Part shown: in pieces, positions 39,760-53,921 of the stretch
How positions within the stretch are numbered: position 1 is the first letter of the stretch
Layout: each line of letters begins with the position of its first letter
Assembly (NCBI RefSeq): GCF_964188315.1
Contig: NC_135660.1
Location: forward strand, 20,460,001-20,524,000
Direction of reading: 5' to 3'
Length of the DNA: 64,000 bases
Source: Podarcis muralis
Taxonomy: Eukaryota
Program-made: the position numbers and the translations under genes
The notes under the pieces: generated by a model
Told to the model about the DNA's origin: nothing
Databases searched by the model: none
What the model saw: only the letters and a program-made list of their open reading frames with translations

Positions 39760-40038
39760 CAGTGGTGCCCCGCAAGACGAATGCCTCGCAAGACGAAAAA
39801 CTCACTAGACGAAAGGGTTTTCCGTTTTTTGAGTCGTTCCGCAAGATGAATTTCCCTATGGGCTTGCTTTGCAAGACGAAACGTCTTGCGAGTTCTTGCG
39901 AGTTTGTTTCCTTTTTCTTAAATCTGCTAAGCCATTAATAGCCGCTAAGCCGCTAATAGCCGTGCTTCGCAAGATGAAAAAACCGCAAGACGAAGAGACT
40001 CGCGGAACGGATTGATTTCGTCTTGCGAGGCACCACTG
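39760..40038. mobile_element. Tc1/mariner MITE, family B (reverse orientation)
   Basis: TA TSD and TIRs. Confidence 0.88.
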
Positions 40039-40651
40039 TATTCTTTGTTTCTTCAGCTTGTAAACCGCCTTGGGAATTGTAAAATAGAAAGACGGTATAC
40101 AAATTAAAAGGGAAAGGAAAGGAGAGGAAAACACTATGCAGGCTCTAACAACCAATTTGGTTTTGTTGACAAAAATGCTGGCAAGGGAATCCAGAAAGTA
40201 TTTCATGATGATTCAGACTCTCAGATGTGGCCACTGGAAAACATTGATCCACAGGTTGACAGATGAGGCAGTGCACTCGCTTTCAATCTCTGGGATTATT
40301 GAAACAACTTTGAGGGGACTCTCATGAGGGTGTCGGAAGCGGAGTATGCAGTATCGATTTCCATTATAGTCTTTATTGTGCAACCATCTATTTGGTAAGT
40401 AGGGTATTAAACAGCAGATAACAACACTGGTGTTTTCTGAAAAGCAAGTGCTAAAGCATTCTTTATGGTCCTACATCTGGTATTCAGGTACCATATTATT
40501 TATAGGGCTCCCCAACAATTTCGCTGGATGGTGGACTCTTTATTTTTAACTGCAATCGGCAAAAACCCAGAAGAGGAAAGACTTGGCAGTTGTGATGATG
40601 GAAAATGCTTCACCTGCGGATTTTGCTCCTGCCATGCACTTGTTAAAGGTA

Positions 40652-40893
40652 CAGTGGTACCTCGGGTTACATACGCTTCAGGTTACATACTCTTCAGGTT
40701 ACAGACTCCACCAACCCAGAAATAGTACCTCGGGTTAAGAACTTTGCTTCAGGATGAGAACAGAAATCGTGCTCCGGCGGCGTGGCGGCAGCAGGAGGCC
40801 CCATTAGCTAAAGTGGTGCTTCAGGTTAAGAATAGATTCAGGTTAAGAACAGACCTCCAGAACGAATTAAGTACTTAACCCGAGGTACCACTG
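40652..40893. mobile_element. Tc1/mariner MITE, family A (242 bp)
   Basis: TA TSD and TIRs. Confidence 0.9.
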
Positions 40894-41565
40894 TATAGTA
40901 ACCTACTAGGAAGAAGAAGAGAAAAGAATGAATCCTGGTTAAATATTGGTGTTATAGTTAATATTCCAGCTCCAGCCTACGATGGCTTAATTGATTTCCT
41001 CCACAATTCGTTCCATGCTATGAGTTGAAGTATTTCCAGGGTGGGGGAGAGAGATTTTAAAAACTTATTTGAAGTGGGATGCAGATTTAACATCTTTTCT
41101 TTCCTGGATGAATAGAAATCTTACTCCCTGCAGTCTCACACAAGGGACCTGCTGGTTAAATATCAAAAACTTGTTTCATGAACTTCCCTAATTAGATGTG
41201 AATACTGCAAAGATGAGTTGTGGAAAGGAAGCTGGAAAGCAAAAATATGCAAAGCGTTCCCCAGGTTGTACATGAAGCCTGATAAATATCTCAAGTCTCC
41301 TTAGGCTGCAAGAAGCACCTACCTCTGCGCCACAAGAAAGTCCTTCCCAATGCAGCACCACTATGTAAACCTATTTATAGACCAAGAAGCACCTCCACCT
41401 GGGGTTATCAAATCAACTCTTTGTTCTTTACAACCCAAGCAGCAGCTTGAGTTACACTACATATTCACCCTCCTGCTTCAAAATAAGCAAAAAAAAAAAG
41501 CCCATCTTGATTATCAAGAAAGGCTTTGTGCAAATAGTGATCATTATCCTGGCCTCCCATACGAA

Positions 41566-41915
41566 CGACTCTTGAGAGTCCCATGGACTGCAAGAAGATC
41601 AAACGCATCCATTCTTAAGGAAATCAGCCCTGAGTGCTCACTGGAAGGACAGATCCTGAAGCTGAGGCTCCAGGACTTTGGCCACCTCATAAGAAGAGAA
41701 GACTCCCTGGAGAAGACACTGATGTTGGGAAAGATGGAGGGCACAAGGAGAAGGGGGCGACAGAGGACGAGATGGTTGGATAGTGTTTTCGAGGTTACCA
41801 GCATGAGATTGACCAAACTGCGGGAGGTAGTGGAGGACAGAGGTGCCTGGCGTGCTCTGGTCCATGGGGTCACGAAGAGTCGGACACAACTAAACGACTA
41901 AACAACAACAAACAA
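41566..41915 (+). mobile_element. BovB 3' fragment
   Basis: RLLRVPWTARRSN...GTRRRGRQRTRWLD, with a CAA tail. Confidence 0.92.
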
Positions 41916-42525
41916 CATATCGTGGGTTGCCAGTGCCCAAGGCCATGCATTGGTGGTGAGTGGGTGGGTGGGAAATAGAGGAGAATACACATGTGTATTC
42001 AACAGCCCAACGGTGTCCACGACACCCAAGAGATTGCAGTTGCAGAGATAAGAAAAGAAGAGTAATTCCGTTGTCTGGAGAAGTAGCTTCCTGGTTCACA
42101 TGGATAAACCTTTTTTAAAATAAATAAATAAATAAATAAAGGATACAGGATATTCTCTCACAAAAATATATTAACTTTTGTCCCATACAGAAAAAGAGGC
42201 GTCCTCCTAGCTCTTCACTGGCTGGTTCCACACCTCTGCATTCAGCAAAGCTCTGAATGGAAAATAGCTGTACTTACGCAGCTCCTTCATGCGATCAGGC
42301 CTTCCCAAAAGCTGAAGTGAGTGCAGCTGGCTGCTTCTTCTTCAGAGTGTATGGTGCACTCTTGTCAATCAGCATAAACCATCCTGAGCAAAATGGGCCA
42401 ACTGTTTGATTCAGTACGAGTCACCTTCTTTGTTCCTACAGGTCCAAGGATTAAAAATGGTGCTGTTGTTTTTTTACTGATTACCTACTCACTTTTTATT
42501 AATCAGCATAATCAGCTACAGTCTA

Positions 42526-42767
42526 CAGTGGTACCTCGGGTTAAGTACTTACTTCATTCTGGAGGTCCGTTCTTAACTTGAAACTGTTCTTAACCTGAAG
42601 CACCACTTTAGCTAATGGGGCCTCCTGCTGCTGCCATGCCGCCGGAGCACGATTTTTGTTCTCATCCTGAAGCAAAGTTCTTAACCCGAGGTACTATTTC
42701 TGGGTTAGCGGAGTCTGTAACCTGAAGCGTCTGTAACCTGAAGCATATGTAACCTGAGGTACCACTG
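42526..42767. mobile_element. Tc1/mariner MITE, family A (242 bp)
   Basis: TA TSD and TIRs. Confidence 0.9.
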
Positions 42768-43146
42768 TACTCTAAATGTTATGTTTCTCCTTGCCATTAC
42801 TCTTATCCATAGCTACTTTTTTCTGTATTGTTCAGATTGTAATGGTCATTCTCCCCCACCCCACCCCAATTTTCTCCTTTATTGTGTAACAGTTGTTAAA
42901 ATAAATCCATTTTTTAAAAAACTTTTTTTCTTGGAACATTTGCTGGCCGAGGAAAAAATGCTTCTTTTGTATTGAGGGGCCTTTAAGGCAGGACTGGGGA
43001 CCGTGGTAATCCTCTAGGTGCTGGGTGACAATTCTCATCATCTTGACTACCAGCCAAGCCAGTTGGGGCTAACATAAAATGTCTGGATTTCAGCTGCATG
43101 TGGAGGGTTGCAGGTTCCACAATAAGATAGATGTAAATAAGTAAAA

Positions 43147-43501
43147 GGGACGCGGGTGGCGCTGTGGGTTAAACCACAGAGCCTAGGACTTGCCGATCAG
43201 AAGGTCAGAGGTTCGAATCCCCGCGGCGGGGTGCGCTCCTGTTGTTCGGTCCCAGCGCCTGCCAACCTAGCAGTTCGAAAGCACCCCCGGGTGCAAGTAG
43301 ATAAATAGGGACCGCTTACTAGCAGGAAGTTAAATGGCATTCTGTGTGCTGCGCTGGCTCGCCAGATGCAGCTTGTCACGCTGGCCACGTGACCCGGAAG
43401 TGTCTCCGGACAGCACTGGCTCCCGGCCTATAGAGTGAGATGAGCACACAACCCTAGAGTCTGGCAAGACTGGCCCGTACGGGCAGGGGTACCTTTACCT
43501 T
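43147..43501 (+). mobile_element. Sauria SINE, full length, variant 3' subfamily
   Basis: Perfect 13-bp TSD taaataagtaaaa and tRNA-like head. Confidence 0.92.
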
Positions 43502-43741
43502 TAAATAAGTAAAAATCATCTACAGAAGCTTCCCCCAACCCAAATTTGGTTGCTGAAAATGCACAGAGAGTTGGGGGCGGGGAGAGACCAAGAGTTGGTG
43601 TTTGTTTTAAGGGAGCTTGGTTTTAGCACAAATTTCTTGGCCAACTACCTCCTCAAAGACACTGTCTTAATAGTTTTTTAGCATAAGTATACTAAGCCAC
43701 TATTTTGTACTTGGCTCTGGTTGATGGACCTTGGGATTCTA

Positions 43742-43959
43742 CAGTGGTACCTCGGGTTAAGAACATCATTCGTTCTGGAGGTCCGTTCTTAACCTGAAAC
43801 TGTTCTTAACCTGAGGTACCACTTTAGCTAATGGGGCCTCCTGCTGCCGCCACTGCGCGATTTCTGTTCTCATCCTGAGGTAAAGTTCTCAACCGGAGAT
43901 ACTGTTTCTGGGTGAGTGGAGTCTGTAACCTGAAGCATCTGTAACCCAAGGTACCACTG
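43742..43959. mobile_element. Tc1/mariner MITE, family A
   Basis: TA TSD and TIRs. Confidence 0.9.
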
Positions 43960-45599
43960 TATCAAGAAACAAAGTAGATTGCACGAACCCGAAGTCTGCC
44001 CCTCTGCCTCTGATATATACATTCCCCCAACCAGAATGTTCTCAAGTTTTTAACCAAGTTGAGTTTTGAACCAACTGCCTTAAAGCACACACAGACACAC
44101 ACACACCTAGAAAACAGAACCCACCCACTCCAGCACTATCATTTCTGGCAATGGGAAGATATAAGTCTTGGGGAAGGTCAGAACATCCTTGTGTTTGGAA
44201 TGCCAAGAGGATGGATGTCCTCTTTCACAGAGTGATATGGAAGCTGGCCTTCAGAAGAGGTCAAAGTGTACAAACCAGGGTGAACTTACAGCTGGGTCTC
44301 AGTGCTGCAGTCTACCCAGTGCCTTATCATTTGCCTGGCCCAACCCCACCACAGACTTTCAGCTGAACCAATGCAGACACCAAACTCCTTGCATGTTGAG
44401 CTAAGGCAGCCAGGAGATAGGGAGGAAGGTCTCGGGGAAGAAAAACTTGGAGGTGTTGAAGGGAATCCGAAAGTAAGACAAAAGGTTTAATACTATTAAT
44501 CTAACAATAGCAAGGAAGTAGATATGAGAGGAAAGCTCTTAGAAGAAGTGAATGTGGAAGGGTTAAAGAAAATGGCATTTTGGGTGGAGGGATAAGGTAC
44601 AAGTTGCGTGTGAAAGAATCAGAGAAGTTACAGGAAATGGGTGAAAATACTTTTGAGAGGAATATGGGGGTAAAAAGATAAATTATGAAGAAAAAACCTC
44701 CTCCACTAAGAGTCTCAGCAAATTCTGCCTAAGCTCAGGAGGCTGTGACAATACCTGACTCTGTGGTCAGAAGCTCAAAATTCCCCAGCTGGAAGGCCCA
44801 TATGCTATCAGGTAAGCAATAAAAAACTCATCAACCACAAATAAGTACTTCTGAATACAGGTGCTAGAAGACAAAAAAGCAGTGGGCTACTGCCATCCCA
44901 CCCTGTTTGTTAGCTTTCCAGAAGCATCTAGTTTTGGAAGTCAATGCTGGACGGATCTTTGGGTCCAATCCAACAGGGCTCCCTCCCTGCCCCTGCCCTA
45001 GACTGCAAAGCTGCTTTTCTGGGGAAACAAAGAGCACCATAGTTCAACGGAACAGCCATTTCAGATAATTACCTTTCAATTCAAGCCAGCCATCAAACAT
45101 AACTTGTTCATTGAGACATAATGGAACCATAAAATTCATACAGAGTAATTTGTTTTGAGTATAATGTTTCCCCATTTGCTTCTGGCAGCACTCAGTAGAA
45201 AAAGCCTTAATAACCAGCTTCACAATGGCGCAAGTTTCTAAACAGCAGAAAATTTATCGGCACTTGGAGGAGCTGGGTGACTGTTGTCCCAAAACCAAAA
45301 GCCATCAAGCCAGAACACACACACACACACAGAGAAACGCACACCTCCCCTGTAGCCATCTCCTCCAGAATAATATACCGTAAGTGAGCCTGCATTCATA
45401 AAGGGACCAACGACCCACATATTTTCATGAAGCCAAGTTCTAGAACCTAAGGACATCCAGAAAAGTTGAATGGGCAAAAGGAATCTGCCTCACGCAGCAT
45501 AAAACTATGGACATATTATGCTTTGATGGGCTTTTTCTTTAAAACATTGCACACTGCATTTTTAACAGCCTGGCTGTGTTGTCATAACAAGCAACCAAT

Positions 45600-45690
45600 T
45601 CTCTGTAGTGGCTGCCACCAAACTGGGTAGCTTTAAAAGGGGATTGCATAAATTTCTGGAGGATGAGGCTGTCGCTGGCTACCATTGAGG
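45600..45690 (+). mobile_element. CR1 ORF2 C-terminal fragment
   Basis: Reads VAATKLGSFKRGLHKFLEDE. Confidence 0.55.
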
Positions 45691-45996
45691 ACAGCTATTC
45701 ACGATACTGGCAGTAGTTCTCTGAACGTTGTGGCCAATAACACCAAAATTTGACCTGGAAGAAAAGGTATTGGACAGAACCATTTTACCCCCAGAGAGTT
45801 GAGCATGGATCAGGCCCTTGGCCCCGAAAACATTGGCCACCCCTGCTTCAAAAAGTAATTCTGAACTCAAAACCTAATGGAAGGTTTGAAACTGAAAATC
45901 AACAAGTAGGGAGGTTGTAAAGGATGGCATTTGGCCCATTTGCTTACATGCAAATTCATGAAAACCAGGTCATTTTACATAGCATCAAGCTTAATC

Positions 45997-46297
45997 AGAA
46001 GAAGAAGAAGAAGAAGAAGAAGAAGAAGAAGAAGAAGAAGAAGAAGAAGAAGAAGAAGAGAGTTTGGATTTGATATCCCGCTTTATCACTACACTAAGGA
46101 GTCTCAAAGCGGCTAACATTCTCCTTTCCCTTCCTCCCCCACAACAAACACTCTGTGAGGTGAGTGGGGCTGAGAGACTGCAGAGAAGTGTGACTAGCCC
46201 AAGGTCACCCAGCAGCTGCATGTGGAGGAGCGGGGACGCAAACCCAGTTCACCAGATTACGAGACTACCGCTCTTAACCACTACACCACACTGGCTC
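45997..46297 (-). mobile_element. tRNA-derived SINE (Squam3-like) with long (CTT)n tail
   Basis: Reverse complement of the family at 24641. (GAA)n at 45998-46040. Confidence 0.85.
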
Positions 46298-47035
46298 TTT
46301 AGCCAGTGGAAGTAGGTATTTACACCAGAGAAACTTCATGAGGACAGTATCCAATGAAGAAGTTGTGCCACTAGAATGACATTTTTTCCCAGAACAACCC
46401 CTAAATCTGCTTCAGAAAATGGTGGGAATCCCCTCTTGATGGGCGGGGTGGGGGCATGGGAAGAGGAAAGAAGGGAAGTTGCAGTGCACAGCTAAGAGTA
46501 TTAATATATCTGGGCAAAAGGCAGAATTAAAATCTCTATCTGCATAAAAGAATAGCTTTATCATATTATTTCCCACCAGCAGTGTTTCTCCAGATATAAA
46601 AGTAGCCCTAACTTGTTAATACTTCAAATAATACATAAAGAGCTCAACATAATAAGCTGGCTTGCAACACTTATCTTTCCATCCACCTGAGTATGTTTGC
46701 TATAAAATAAGTGAAAACAAATATTAAAAGGCGGCATACTAGTGTGCTTATTTGGCTTTATTAGCAAGAAGGGGGAGTAATTACAATTACAAATAAGCCA
46801 TCCATTTAGAATTTACATTTTCCTCTAAAATATTTTATTATTATTATTTCTCATGAAATAAGTAGTAAAAGAAATGCATCCAATTGACTTGGGAGTATAT
46901 GACTTTTTTTTAGGTCATCAATGTTCAGGTATGGTGTGTTCTAAAAACAAGTCTTGTGCTTGAGTAAAGAGAACTGTGTTCCAGAGCCTTCAGCAGAGTT
47001 TCCAAGACTGTGTAGATACTGCGTGTTATAGCTTA

Positions 47036-47397
47036 AAGGTAAAGGACCTCTGACAGTTAAGTCCAGTCGCGAACGACTCTGGGGTTGCTGTGCTCATCTC
47101 GCTTTACTGGCTGAGGGAGCTGACGTTTGTAGCAGACAGTTTTTCTGGGTCATGTGGCCAGCATGACTAAGCCACTTCTGATGAAACCAGAGCAGCGCAT
47201 GGAAAGGCCATTTACCTTCCCGCCGGAGCGGTACCTATTTATCTACTTGCACTTTGATGTGCTTTCGAACTGCTAGGTTGGCAGGAGCTGGGACCGAGCA
47301 ACAGGAGCTCACCCCTCGCGGGGATTCAAACTGCCAACCTTCTGATCAGCAAGCCCTAGGCTCAGTGGTTTAGCACAGCGCCACCTGCCAGCCCCTT
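47036..47397 (-). mobile_element. Sauria SINE
   Basis: 12-bp TSD tgttatagctta. Confidence 0.9.
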
Positions 47398-47562
47398 TGT
47401 TATAGCTTAGGCAACATTAAACTACTCGGATAATGGAAAATGAGCAGTACAATTGTATGCATGCCAACCTAAAGGAATTTCTACCAGATTCAATGGGATA
47501 TGATCCCAGTTAAGTATGTAAAGGATTGTAGCCTAAAAGATTCCACACAATACATTTGTGTA

Positions 47563-47808
47563 CAGTGGTACCTTGGTTCTTGAACTTAGTTCGTTCCAGG
47601 AGTCTGACTCCTGAAACCATTTGAAAACCAAGACGCAGCTTCCGATTGGCTGCAGGAGCTTCCTGCACTCAACTGGAAGCTGCGGAAGCCGTGTTGAACA
47701 TTCAGTTTCTGAAAAACATTTGCAAACTGGAACGCTCACTTCCAGGTTTTCGGCGTTCGGGAGGTGATTCGTTCGGAGCTAAGCCGTTTGAGTACCAAGA
47801 TACCACTG
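47563..47808. mobile_element. Tc1/mariner MITE, distinct internal sequence (C)
   Basis: TA|CAGTGGTACC...ATACCACTG|TA. Confidence 0.82.
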
Positions 47809-49175
47809 TACTATCTTGGGATCAACATTCAAGTTGAAAGGTGCACCAGCTTATATAACCGCCGGTAACATCCAGTGTTAACCAACTGATGACTGCATTG
47901 CTAGTAATGCAATATTTAACTATTAACAGCTTCATATTAAAACATTTCTGCAGCGATAGAAGCCTGACGATGACCCTGAGGCCCGTCTCCTCCTGGAATT
48001 TTAACCCATTTCATTTATAGCCACAAGAAATGGCTTTTCTTATTGCAGCAAACTGCAACAGCAAGTTTTACCATTTTATTGCTACCATTACCTTAATAAA
48101 GAAGAAGAAATACATTTTAAGCTATTTCCATAGGAAATGTCATGCTTCTGCTTTTCATCAACACAAAATATGAAAATTCCTACATTTTCAAGAAGTCACT
48201 TTTAAGGTAGTAGTGTGTTTAAAAGGTTTCTGATAAAAAGCTAAAAATTTCACAGAAATAAATAGTCTAGTGAATTAAAGCTCCACTGCTTCCTTCTTAA
48301 GAGCAAAAGAAACCTAGAATGTAAATAAAAGATATGAGAGTTCAGAGTGTGGTTATACTGAACAGGTATTTTGTTTTGTTTTTTGCCCCAAATTCATATT
48401 GATTATGAAATTCTATTCGAAGTGCAGGAAAACAGTAAGCGGATATGAGTTCTAAGTAAAGCAGGTGACTGCAAACAGCTGTAAATCCATGGAAACTTTT
48501 TAAAAAATAAAATAGTTCCATCCCACCCACTTTGGCATAGAATTCAATGTAGCATCTTAAAAATCTTCCAAGAGGTCAGCTAAATGCTTGTTGGCACAAG
48601 ATCTAATATTGACCGCTTTCCATTCTGTATATTGCCGCTCTCTTCCACAGAAGAGTGGGGGGGGGGTCCTGCGTTGCACAAAATTTCACACTGCCATTTC
48701 CACATCTTGAGCACAATTCTGCTACTTCAACACACTTCTGTGTGCCAGTGCAGCTAAGTGGCAAACATAGGTGTCTGGCAGCTGCAAAAGCAAGAAAGAG
48801 TAAGGCATCTCATCAGCAAGTATTATCCAGCTTATCGGCTATTTTTTAAGCAAGGAAGGGCAGGTTCACACATGCATATTCACCCCCTGGCAAGTGCAGC
48901 GCAAACCCACGATGGGCATGTACAATGGGAAGGCATATTCCCCACAGCTGCATCTTTCAAACCCCTTCAAAGCTGACGCTTTTCAGTGGAGTCTATTCAC
49001 AGCTCTTTACTTCTCTCACGTTTGGTTTTGTCCTTTGCTACTACAGTGAAGAGGATCAAGCACACCTTGTCTCTGTCCTATAAAGAGCCCATCAGCTACA
49101 TGTGACACTGTCACGGTTCGTGGCCATTTCTCATTAAACCTGAGATAATTCTTTTACTTTGGATGGGTGCTCATA

Positions 49176-49393
49176 CAGCTGTACCTCAGAAGTCGAACAG
49201 AATTGGTTCCGGAAGTCCGTTCGATTTCTGAAATGTTCAATTTCCAAAGTGTGGATGCAGCCAATCAGAAGCCCCGTCAGGCATTCAGCATCCAAAAGAA
49301 CATTCGAAAACCGGAACACTCACTTCTAGTTTTCGATTGCTCAGGAGCCGAAACGTTCGATTCCCAAGGCATTCGAGAGCTGAGGTACGACTG
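49176..49393. mobile_element. Tc1/mariner MITE (D)
   Basis: TA|CAGCTGTACCTCAG...CTGAGGTACGACTG|TA. Confidence 0.8.
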
Positions 49394-49924
49394 TACTTCA
49401 TTATGCTGAGCGTACAAAGTTGATCTGTATAGTCTACTTTGACAAGCCAAATCCAATGTGTCACCAAAAGTTTTTACATGGCCCTAGCTACCAGAAGTCC
49501 ATTTACCTGAGATTTTCTGAATGCAAATAATATGCTTTGCCACCAACTATACATTTTGTTGACTTGCTCTATTGGGCTAGTATTTAGTGCAAAAGGTGGT
49601 TTGGTAAGATATCCTTATCTAGAGCAATACATATTGCAATCTTTTAAAAAGAAATATTTTGGTTATCAGTACCTGAGCACCTAATCTGGAGAGATACCTA
49701 TTCCTCAAACTAAAGTCATTCTTTGGTTGCAATTTGGCTAAGTCATCTTCATTCTGACGTCTGATTTTTTCCCGTCTTTTTGCTCTGTAAAAAAAAGGGA
49801 ACTGCTATTAACACAAATGTGCCCAGAAGTTTCGTTGCACGTTACACCTAGATCAGGGTTACAGTTAAGTGCAGCTGCCAGATAAATGGAGGCAGAGTAA
49901 GTCATACAAATTTGACAGGCAGTA

Positions 49925-52696
49925 AAGACAGACACTATCTTCATTTATTTATTTATAAAGGTCGAAAAATTGAGTGCAAAGTGCAAGTTTTGACACAGTC
50001 GGTCAAGTTTTAAGCTTTGCCTTTAACAACAAAAATGCTTTAAAACAAATACAATTCCAGTACAAAAGCAGAGACAAATGCCCCTAACCAAGACAGCCTG
50101 CCTAGCAGCCTGATAGAAAATCCATCAAGATTTGTTTCTCTCAAATAACATTGTATTGGCTTTTGCAGAACTTATCCAAATCAGTCTACCACCACACCAA
50201 GATTTCATGATCCTTGCAAGTCATTACCATGTTGTTTTTTTATTATGAAACCAGAATTTCAAATAAGAAACTGAAGATTAATACCACATTTAGTAAGGCA
50301 ATCACCCCTTCAGAGCACAAGTTACAGTAATGGAGTAACAAGGTGCCATTAGTAGTAGGCAAACCATCGTCGTTCCACAATAGAAAGATTAAAAAGTACA
50401 GCCCATAAACCAAAAGATCTGCTCCAACAAGTTGGAAGACGACTTCAGTTCAACAGCAACCGTCTCTTCAGCGATGTGCGGATACACCAAATACACGAGT
50501 TTTTGCTCCAGCTGCGGTCAAAGTGCTTTGACAAAGAAGCAAGTTTGACAATTCACACAAGTCCAGGTCTCGAAAAAGTTCTATGCATGTTAGTTAAGTT
50601 TTCCAACTACTTTGTCCAAGCGCTAGGCATCAAAGTTTCGCCACACACATACAATAAAACACTCTTCGACTGGCCAAGCCGCTGATCAAGCGCTCCCCAC
50701 TTCTGGTAGGTATTTCCTATTCAGATTTCTTTTCTGCAAGAAATAGTGTAGCAAAAGGTTATTGTAACAGTTTGCTTACAGGCTCTTCGTCGCTTGTCAG
50801 AAGTGTCACGGCGCTATACTGAGCTTTTAGATATCAACTGAGAATGGGCTAAGAATCCATCACAAAGGAGCTGGTTCTTCCCAGACAAAGCTTCAGATAC
50901 AAGTAAGCAACTGTTTTCATGTTGAGATGTCCACTCTGGCTTAGGGGAACGATGCACTTGGAAACATTCCTGTACATGTTTCATTTAAATGAATGGGAAG
51001 CATGAAGGGAGAACTGTGTGCTCTCATACACCAACCATTCATTTCAATGGGAGTTGGTGCAAGAGGTGCAGTTGGTGCATTTAACTTTATACATACAATT
51101 TATTGCCTGCCCTTCGCCGTAAGCTCCCATGGAAGGTGGCAATTAAATCATATAGTTAAAAAAGCATGTAAAACAGTAAAGATATAGCAGTACAGAAAGT
51201 GGTGGTGGGGTGACACATTATTACAGACTTTAGTACTTTTTTGCATTTAGCTATTACTCCTTAGAAAGTGCTAAATGAGGCTGCAGCTTCTCTCTGCAGA
51301 ACCTCTGCTGTGGCTAACTCATTAGGCTGGCTGTGGCTGGAAATATACAGAACACATTTTTAGCACCCCTAACCAGTTTCAAAATATCCACAAGAAATAT
51401 GAAAACAAAAAGGCACAGTCCTCAATAGGGAAACATTTAAGAAAAGCTAGCTTTCGATTCAACAGCTGAGGAAATGGTCGGCATGAATTTTGAGGTTCTG
51501 CTTGCATTGTTGAATAGACTTGTACAAAAATAAAAGACGAGGTTCCCGTCATTTGAAAGTGCCAAGTGTAAGAGTGTCTTCCCCACACATTTCAAATCTT
51601 GTCCAGCAGACAAATGGCAAGTATTTTTGAGATTCTGAGGACACCGGGAGCAGCTCTTGTATATGGCAAATGTTTTATTTACAGTGGTACCTCTAGTTGC
51701 GGACTTAATTCGTTTCGGGGTGCCGTTCGCACCCCAAAAAGTCCGCAACTAGAGCGCCTCTTCTGTGCATGTGTGCGGCACAAATGAGCGCTTCTGCCCA
51801 TGCGCAGGTGGTGCAAACACTTCCGGGTTTGCCGCGTTCGTAAGCTGAAAGTCTTACAAGTAACAAGAGCGGAACGCAACACAAGGTATGACTGTACTAT
51901 GTTATATCCCAACTTTCACCCAGGAAGTTCACAGAGGCATATAAATTGCTCCTTCCCTCTTCCCCCTATTTTTAAGTTCACAACCACCTTGTGAAATATG
52001 ATAGGCTGAGAGGAAAGCCCAACGTTACCCTGTGAGGTCTGTGGCTGACTAACAATTTAAACCCTGGTTTTCCACAGCCCAACACTCTGCCAGTATAATC
52101 ACACTGGTCCCTTCATGTTGCAAGACTTGCTTCTAGATAGTTTCACGAAAGCAAACTGGCTTCCCCTCAAAGGATATATTTGCAATGACCTGCTGATTTC
52201 ATCAGCATCTTTGCTTCGCAAAGCACCTTCCAGGGGTGCTTCCAGATTTGAAGAAACGGAGGACTCCTCCTTCTTTATGCGAAGTTAAGTTATCCCAATT
52301 AGGTGCTCCTACACATCTCACCTATAGCTATTAATGGGAGGATAAACACAGAGAATTATAACCATGTGTGTCACGGCATTTCGGCATCATCTGCTTTCTT
52401 CTCAAGGTTATCACCAGGCTATTTTCCTACATGGAAATGATTTTCATATGGCAATTCTGGCACATCTAGAGTGACCTCTATGTAGAGTTTAATTACTTTT
52501 AATTTCAAACTCTGTTCTGAGGAACCCTGGGCTTCCTCAGAAATTCCCAGCTGTCATTCAGTTACCAACACACTTCCCCAAGAGCTTAGCATTCACAGGT
52601 CTTCTCTTACAGAGTGTCAAATCTTTTACGTATTGTTGGCACAGTTTAGTTGGAATGGCAGTGAGGCCCAAGAATGTAGCATCCCAAATGAACTTC
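49925..52696 (-). other. MFSD1: Putative MFSD1 3' UTR (distal end uncertain)
   Basis: Follows the stop codon. Candidate poly(A) signals on the minus strand are ATTAAA at 52488-52493 and 52498-52503, AATAAA at 51099-51104, and AATAAA at 49944-49949 followed by a GT-rich tract. Confidence 0.45.
51682..51894. mobile_element. Tc1/mariner MITE (E), inside the putative MFSD1 3' UTR
   Basis: TA|CAGTGGTACC...GGTATGACTG|TA. Confidence 0.8.
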
Positions 52697-52700
52697 TCAT
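52697..52700 (-). CDS. MFSD1: MFSD1 terminal exon coding part: A completing Glu, then TGA stop
   Basis: cctctgttctag|ATGAGAAGTT gives GA|A TGA. Phase 2 is required by the previous exon and is met here. Confidence 0.8.
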
Positions 52701-53921
52701 CTAGAACAGAGGTGGGGAACATCCAACCTCCAAGGGTTCAAAATTTGGGTTCCAGTTTCTCCTCAAACATACCCACTACCTGTGATGTCATGTGAAGGGC
52801 AAGTAATAACGTCGGTGAACAGTCCGGAACCTTAAGGTGTATTCCTAATTGTGTACTGACAAGGGAACCAACCATCAAGTGACTGAAAAGAGAACCAAAG
52901 CCTACAGGATTGGTGGCCAATCCCTGCCAAGTTAAGGTAACACTCAACCATATCCCTTGTTCAATTTCATTTAAAATTATTTGCTTTTTACTTGATTCAG
53001 TAATAAATGATTTATTAATGGTTGGTTTACAGATGCTTCCTTTGTAATTTATTATTTAGAACAATATCAACTTGACTACATATACTATGAATAGATATCA
53101 AAATACTGAAAAACTTTTGTTAACGTAAGTAATGGAAATATTTTCTGAAACTAATTTGGCTAAATTTGGTTAATGAAAGCTCAGTTTTTCTAGCCAGGAA
53201 GGAAGGGCCCTTGCTGCATTTGTCATTTGAGAGAGTTTCCAGCTTACATCTTACATACAAAGCAATGGGAATTTTGCTCTGTAGCAAGTAGCAGTCTGAT
53301 CACAGCAACATACAGGTAACTCGGGTTGTGTTCCGGGGGTCTAGGCATATACGCAAAAATGTGTAAAGCCAGGAGGGGCCCCCGGAACCAGCCCCCAGGC
53401 AAGGTGGAGGGCTGCTTATCCCAGAGCCCTCCTTCACCTTCCCAAAGCCCAGTGAGCACTTGCTAACGTTTCAAGAGACAAATATGTCTTTTTTTCCGCA
53501 GCACCGTGAAAATGCTAAACAAGTGCTTTTTTTAAAAATCTCATTTTTAAGCCACATAAACTGCTTCCTTCGAGACTATATATAAATACCACACACCAGG
53601 CAACTTTTAACACGTTGCAACAATTACTATTTTACCCTATGCGCCTTTCAAACACAGAAGTTAAATTTGCGCCATATAAAAGTGAACCACAACACTGATT
53701 TTTTAATGGCCTGCTTTAAGCTATCTCCAACAAGACATGAATGAGAGTCGCCCCACTGCTGAAGAATACTTCCAACTCATTCACTCAAGTTTACCATATC
53801 CGTTCCTGGATCTTTGGCGCTACACTGTTTTGTGTTTCCAAACCAATCTGCACCTGTAGTCTTGATTGTTTTGTAATACATCAACGCATACTCTAGGCTA
53901 GAAACACAGCGACATACTTAC

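Noticed and set aside
41350-41901. 183-aa ORF
   Set aside because: Chance fusion of unique sequence to a BovB fragment.
1-49900. IQCJ / IQCJ-SCHIP1 exons expected from mammalian synteny
   Set aside because: No minus-strand exon matching the recalled IQCJ peptide was found by eye. They probably lie left of the window; TBLASTN would settle it.
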